A stretch of DNA of 64,000 bases. Source: an uncultured Planctomycetaceae bacterium (GTDB lineage Bacteria > Planctomycetota > Planctomycetia > Planctomycetales > Planctomycetaceae). Each line of letters begins with the position of its first letter. The first letter of the stretch is position 1. Of the stretch, positions 59,255 to 64,000 are shown one piece after another. The position numbers and the translations under genes are program-made. The DNA is taken from NCBI GenBank assembly GCA_964609845.1, contig CAZSTW010000010.1, forward strand, positions 8,423-72,422, read 5' to 3'. Below the pieces are notes generated by a model. It had not been told where the DNA came from. It saw nothing but the letters and a program-made list of their open reading frames with translations, and did not search any database.

Positions 59255-59519
59255 AGGTCAGTCATCTGCAATTGCGACTTCTTTTATCGCTCTGCTCGAG
59301 AACGAACGAGTTGGCCCTGCCGAACAAACGCGCCCCCAATGAGGACCTTGTACAAATTTGAGAATCCGTGATGCAGTTGCGTTGCGAACCGTGAACCGTT
59401 ATCTGAAGTGCCACAGACTGACGAATGATGAGCTGGATTTTCCGCAGGTCCGTTGCATCGGTCGGTCTGGATGTTCGTAACCTCAGGAATCGCTTGTCGT
59501 TGTAAGGCTGTTGGCGTTT

Positions 59520-61847
59520 ATGATTGACCGGCTTTCTCGCGTTGTGTTTCGCTATCGCTACGCAGTCTGGATGGTCGTCATCCCGCTGATCGCACTGTCG
59601 TGGTATTTCGTGCCACCCGTCGAATTCGACCAGACGATTGAGGGCTTTTTCCCGGAAAATCACCCCGCATTGCTCAGCTACGAAAAGACCAAGCGCGCAT
59701 TTGGGGGGGATCAGATCGTATTTGTCGCGTATGACGACAAGCAACTCTGGACCGCTGAAGGGATGGATCGGGTCCGACTTCTGGCCGATCGCCTGGCCGA
59801 GGTTCCCGGCGTTGAACGGGCCGACGCCATCGATCAGATGCCGGTTCCGTGGCTGGTCGATGAAGCGGTCACATCGGCCGTTTCTGACACATTCTCCATT
59901 TTCGGACTATTCCGGATGGTCGCCGGCCGGGCCACCGTTTCGATGGTTGTCCGATCCGCCGAAGACGATCCTGTCGAACAGGCCGATATCAAGAAGCGGC
60001 TCAGTGCGCATCCACTATTCAATGGGTTGCTGGTTGACCAGACAGGGTTGATGACAGCGACCATCGTTCGGCTGAATGCCTCGGCCGAAACCGACCGGCG
60101 TGATGCCGTTCTGAAGATCCGGCAGATCTCCGACGAATTTGCACGCGAGCAGAAATTGGAACGAGTTGCCGTGGCAGGGGCACCCGTGCTGGTCGTTGAT
60201 GGGTTCGTCAGCCTGGATCGCGATAACCAGACGCTCGGTGTTGTGGCGATGATTCTGATGACGATCACCATGCTGATTGCCGTCCGAAATCCTGCCTGGG
60301 CACTGCTTTCCTTAATCGCTGGCTGGGCGACATGGGAAATTACCCGTATCTTCATCACGTTTTTCAATCTGAAATTGACTCTTTCGGCCGGTCCGATCAT
60401 TGCGCAGACCGTCGTGTTGTGCATGCCCGCGGCCAGCCATCTGGCAGTGCGGTTCTTTTCCATTCTGCACACGGGGCTGAAACGGACAGAGACAGCTCAT
60501 GAGACATTGACCGTGATGTTTACACCGGTCGCCTGGTGTGCCATCGCTTCAGCGTCGGGGTATCTGGCGACCTGGGCCGCAACAACTGTGCAGCCGGTGG
60601 CTCAACTGGGAATCACGATGTTTGCGTGCAACCTGGTCGCGGGATCACTGGTCTGGGCACTCTCCGCAGGTGCGATGACGATGCGGTTGCGACGTCGGCG
60701 TGGTGATCCAGCGACCGTTGAACAAGGGACCGCCGCCGTAGCAGAAGGGGTCGGTCGGATGACGGGCTGGGTGTTGACTCACCCCGGAACCACACTCATT
60801 CTGTTTCTGGCTCCCGTATTGATTGCAACTGCTGGCTCTGCCTGGATCGAATTCGAATCAAACTACATCAATATTCACAAACCGCGATCGCGAGTGGCGC
60901 GTGATTACCGCTTCATCGAAGCACGGATGGGAGGGATCGGACTGGTCGAATTGATTTCGCCTGCTCCCGAGCAGATGACCCCCGCCTGGCTCGAAAAAGT
61001 TGCTCGTGTTTCAACCCTGATGCGTCAGGAGAACCCGGACATGGTTTCTGGCGTTGTTTCACTGGCAGATCTGTTGAATGTCCCCCCCGATGTGAAAGAT
61101 CCCGAGGCAATCGTCTCCTGGAAGGTCCGGATTCTCAGTCAACCAAAATACGCTCATTTTCTCGATAACCTCTGGAGCCGTAATCCCGACGACAGTTCGA
61201 CCGATCAAGTCCGCATTCTGGTTCGGATCCGTGAGAGTGCCCAGCCTGAGTTGAAGGAAGAATGTTTCGCCAAGCTGATGGCGATTACTCAACGTGAATT
61301 GTCCGACAAGACATTTATCACCGGACTGTCCCATCTGATGACACAGATTACACACGCGGTGGTTTCCACCTCGTTTCGGGCGACGATCTGGTCGGGTTTC
61401 ATGAGTCTGGCGATGCTTTGGATGGCTCTGAGATATCTGCCGCTCGCTATGCTGGCGTTTACCCCGACGCTGCTGGCGGTTGGCCTGGTGCTGGGAATCA
61501 TGGGGTGGATCGGAATCAAAGTCGACATGTCGACGGCACTGGTTGCGGGAGTGGCCATCGGGCTGTCCGTGGATGATGCCGTTCATTGTCTGTTGCGCTG
61601 GAAACAGGAGTTGCGAGCTGGCCGTTCGTCGGATGAAGCGTTGAAAGCTGCCTATGCCGGTAGTGGACCAGGCGTCGTCTTATCAAGTTCCGCCGTAAGT
61701 CTCGGGTTCCTTGCCATGCTGTACAGTGAGTTCGTTCCGATGTCGAGCTTTGGATGGTTGGTTGCCGTGGCAACGGCGGGAGGAAGTCTGGGGAATCTGG
61801 TCGTCATCCCCGCGATTCTGGCTTTGGTGACGCGCCGGTCCCGCTGA
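59520..61847 (+). CDS. MMPL/RND-superfamily transporter (two 6-TM bundles with periplasmic loops; HpnN/MmpL-like)
   Basis: 776 aa. A single N-terminal TM, large loop and 5 TM arrangement occurs twice. The second bundle contains GVAIGLSVDDAVH, typical of MMPL/SSD proteins. Confidence 0.75.
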   Translation: MIDRLSRVVFRYRYAVWMVVIPLIALSWYFVPPVEFDQTIEGFFPENHPALLSYEKTKRAFGGDQIVFVAYDDKQLWTAEGMDRVRLLADRLAEVPGVERADAIDQMPVPWLVDEAVTSAVSDTFSIFGLFRMVAGRATVSMVVRSAEDDPVEQADIKKRLSAHPLFNGLLVDQTGLMTATIVRLNASAETDRRDAVLKIRQISDEFAREQKLERVAVAGAPVLVVDGFVSLDRDNQTLGVVAMILMTITMLIAVRNPAWALLSLIAGWATWEITRIFITFFNLKLTLSAGPIIAQTVVLCMPAASHLAVRFFSILHTGLKRTETAHETLTVMFTPVAWCAIASASGYLATWAATTVQPVAQLGITMFACNLVAGSLVWALSAGAMTMRLRRRRGDPATVEQGTAAVAEGVGRMTGWVLTHPGTTLILFLAPVLIATAGSAWIEFESNYINIHKPRSRVARDYRFIEARMGGIGLVELISPAPEQMTPAWLEKVARVSTLMRQENPDMVSGVVSLADLLNVPPDVKDPEAIVSWKVRILSQPKYAHFLDNLWSRNPDDSSTDQVRILVRIRESAQPELKEECFAKLMAITQRELSDKTFITGLSHLMTQITHAVVSTSFRATIWSGFMSLAMLWMALRYLPLAMLAFTPTLLAVGLVLGIMGWIGIKVDMSTALVAGVAIGLSVDDAVHCLLRWKQELRAGRSSDEALKAAYAGSGPGVVLSSSAVSLGFLAMLYSEFVPMSSFGWLVAVATAGGSLGNLVVIPAILALVTRRSR

Positions 61848-61868
61848 CGAGTACCAAGAGGTTGCCGA

Positions 61869-63170
61869 TTGAACACGATGAGCGAGCTGCGAGGCGGTCC
61901 CGAGACGGTTCGAACGACGAATCGCTGGTGGCTGCTCAGCTGCGTTCTGCTGGCGTTATCCCTGCGGGGATTCGTGATTGCGACTCATTCCGATGAACTG
62001 ACGCGAGATCGTGATGCATATCTGGGAATGGCTCGCTGTCTGGCTGAGGGACGTGGTCTGGTCGATGCCGAACGGCTGACACCGACCGCCTTCCGGCCGC
62101 CAGTCTATCCGATTCAACTCGGCGGACTGATGTTGATTCTTCCGGCCGCTGCGGCTGTTGCTGTGGGCAATCTGATCTGGGGAGGAATCACCGTTTGGGC
62201 GACTTGGCGAGCGGGTGAAGCACTCGGCCTGGGGGAACGGCGAAGTCTGCTTGCAGCGCTGCTCGTGGCTGTTGATCCAATGTTACTTCAGTACTCGGCA
62301 CAACCCATGACCGAGGTCACCTGTGCGGGACTGGTTTCACTGCTGGTCTTCTGGATCGTGCGACGTGATTGTTCGATGGCGATCCGTGAATGTGGAATCG
62401 GCATCCTGTTTGGATTGCTGGTCCTCTGTCGTCCGACGTTCTGGCCGTTTGCCGGGCTGATCCTTGGAATGTGGGTTCTGCAAAAACTTCTTGTGAAGGA
62501 ATTGCCCCCTGTGACTGCAGGTCCCTGGCGCGCCATCGTATCGGCGCTGCTGGTGCTCGTTCCCTGGGTCGCTCGAAACCAGATCGTGATGGGTTCGCCG
62601 ATCCTGATGACGACTCATGGAGGCTATACGATACTGTTGGCGAACAATCCCGAGTTCTACTCAGAAGTTGTTGATCGAGGATGGGGAAGCGAATGGCGCA
62701 AGCCAAGCTTTGATCACTGGACGAAGGGGTTACTCGCGTCGATGCGTGACGAGTTGGGACCGGACTCCACGGAAATGGATCGTGACCGCTGGCAAGGATT
62801 GCAGGCACGAAGATTTATTTGGAATGAACCCGAGCGATTTGCACAGGCAGTCTGGTATCGCATCCGCAGCCTGTGGAGTCCCGCGCCTCAGGGTGAGGCT
62901 TCGGGTAGTACTCCGTCGCGACTGGTCTGGCTGGTTGGCTGTTACTACACGGCAGTCCTCGGAATCTTTGCCATCAGTGTTGTCCTGACGATGTATCGGT
63001 TGTGTCAGAGAAAGGAGTTCTCGTGGTGGCCGCTGCTGGCACTGGTACTGACAGTTCAAGGTGTCCATCTGGTCTACTGGACCAACGCGCGCATGCGGGC
63101 ACCGATTGTCCCGGTGATCAGTCTGTTCGTTTTCCGACGGAGTCAGTCGTCCCCAACACCAAGCAGGTAG
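61869..63170 (+). CDS. GT-C fold membrane glycosyltransferase (ArnT/PMT_2-like)
   Basis: ELTRDRDAYLGMARCLAEGRGL...FRPPVYP in the first loop (the D-x-D-x-Y...G-x-G pattern of ArnT-like enzymes), with about 10 TM helices. It starts 21 nt after the MMPL gene. Confidence 0.65.
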   Translation: MNTMSELRGGPETVRTTNRWWLLSCVLLALSLRGFVIATHSDELTRDRDAYLGMARCLAEGRGLVDAERLTPTAFRPPVYPIQLGGLMLILPAAAAVAVGNLIWGGITVWATWRAGEALGLGERRSLLAALLVAVDPMLLQYSAQPMTEVTCAGLVSLLVFWIVRRDCSMAIRECGIGILFGLLVLCRPTFWPFAGLILGMWVLQKLLVKELPPVTAGPWRAIVSALLVLVPWVARNQIVMGSPILMTTHGGYTILLANNPEFYSEVVDRGWGSEWRKPSFDHWTKGLLASMRDELGPDSTEMDRDRWQGLQARRFIWNEPERFAQAVWYRIRSLWSPAPQGEASGSTPSRLVWLVGCYYTAVLGIFAISVVLTMYRLCQRKEFSWWPLLALVLTVQGVHLVYWTNARMRAPIVPVISLFVFRRSQSSPTPSR

Positions 63171-63296
63171 CGACCGGATTCCAGCTCGCGTAACACCGTA
63201 CGGCGGATTTGAAACGTGCATCAGGCCGTGATTGCACTGCACGACCGAAGACGGTCGTACAGTGGCACAACAGGTCGGTGGCACCGAGCCATCGTC

Positions 63297-64000
63297 CTAC
63301 TTGAGTTCCGCGATCTTCTTTTTCGCTTCGATTCGTGCTTTGCTCATGACACTTTCCAGAGTAACCTTCGCTCCCCCCTGGCGTTTACTTTCATCGGCAG
63401 CTTCCATGAAAGCATAAATCTCCAGGGTTTCGGCTTCCGAGACTGGCGGCTGACCCGTACGGAAAAACTTCACGATCTCAAACACCAGCGGATCGTAGCC
63501 GTCGTAAGAACCAACCGGTCCACTCCCTTTGTCACCCGTGGCGGTCCCGGTGTATCCCTTTCCTTCACGGAAGATCCCGACGCGGTCATCGGACCATTGC
63601 CCGATCACTTCGATCTGGCCCTCTGCCGTCTTGCCTCGCGTAACCGACTGACATCCCGTTCCCATAACGGTGAACAGCGACTCGACCCCATGAATGCCAT
63701 ACCAGAACAAATCAGGATGAGTCGGTTCCAGTGACGCAGGACTGGTTGTTTCACACCTGGAGATCTTGCCGAGTGATCCACCTCGAACGGCCAGTGTATT
63801 TTTGCCGAACCGCAGTGACGATGAAGAAAAGACCGGACATTTGTACTTTCGGGCCGCTTCAAAAATTGCCACGGCATCCGTCAATGAGCCGGCAATCGGC
63901 TTATCGATGAAACAGGGTTTGCCAGCTTTGAGGACGGGTAAAAGTTGTTCGTAGTGTGGCCGCCCATCATTGGTCTCCAGAAACACCACATCGACTTTCT
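63297..64000 (-). CDS. Gfo/Idh/MocA family oxidoreductase, C-terminal two-thirds (N-terminus beyond the window end)
   Basis: ...VDVVFLETNDGRPHYEQLLPVLKAGKPCFIDKPIAGSLTDA is the classic (E)KP motif region. The frame is open to base 64000. Confidence 0.8.
   Translation of the reverse strand, partial: KVDVVFLETNDGRPHYEQLLPVLKAGKPCFIDKPIAGSLTDAVAIFEAARKYKCPVFSSSSLRFGKNTLAVRGGSLGKISRCETTSPASLEPTHPDLFWYGIHGVESLFTVMGTGCQSVTRGKTAEGQIEVIGQWSDDRVGIFREGKGYTGTATGDKGSGPVGSYDGYDPLVFEIVKFFRTGQPPVSEAETLEIYAFMEAADESKRQGGAKVTLESVMSKARIEAKKKIAELK

Overview
This 64-kb window (about 55% GC) looks like ordinary chromosome from a Planctomycetota (Planctomycetaceae-like) genome. That taxonomic call is an inference from gene style: a giant PA14 + multi-CxxCH cytochrome protein, a prepilin-type pseudopilin, several PMT/ArnT-like GT-C membrane glycosyltransferases, scattered flagellar export genes, and dense intergenic hairpin repeats. 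I can support about 46 protein-coding genes. They include a sugar transferase (partial at the window edge and absent from the ORF track), an AI-2E transporter, two SDRs, a clan GH-A glycosidase, and a GspG-like pseudopilin. There is a divergent cluster of two GT-C glycosyltransferases with a ThiF/MoeB-like E1 and a LOG enzyme, and a gluconolactonase-fusion protein. Further genes are cysH-glbN, an M42 peptidase, BON-fliO-fliP-fliQ-fliR-flhB(short), DUF167, a fadD-fadI-fadJ-acyl-CoA dehydrogenase operon, and a 1181-aa double-FtsX permease. The rest are a REC/HATPase regulator with a hybrid histidine kinase, a PilB/GspE ATPase, an AAA_5 ATPase with a 624-aa partner, a second LOG, rfbA, an MMPL transporter, a third GT-C and a partial Gfo/Idh/MocA oxidoreductase. 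I saw no rRNA, tRNA, CRISPR array, prophage or recognisable defence island, and I cannot claim a clear-cut novel multi-gene system. The features most worth a second look are these. (1) A 333-bp element has perfect 17-bp TIRs, an 8-bp target duplication and a tiny hydrophobic ORF. (2) A 91-bp TA-flanked MITE family has its three full copies each sitting on the TA of a TAG stop codon. (3) flhB stops before the NPTH switch domain. (4) A tandem triplication of a convergent intergenic region carries copies of both flanking gene ends. (5) Three gene lesions are present: two -1 homopolymer frameshifts and one in-frame amber codon, two of them in one signalling locus. (6) Large foldback and hairpin repeat structures occur. 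(7) Two poorly understood gene pairings are present: AAA_5 with a TraB/DUF5682-like protein, and GT-C with E1 and LOG. All functional calls come from reading translated motifs by eye; no database search was possible.
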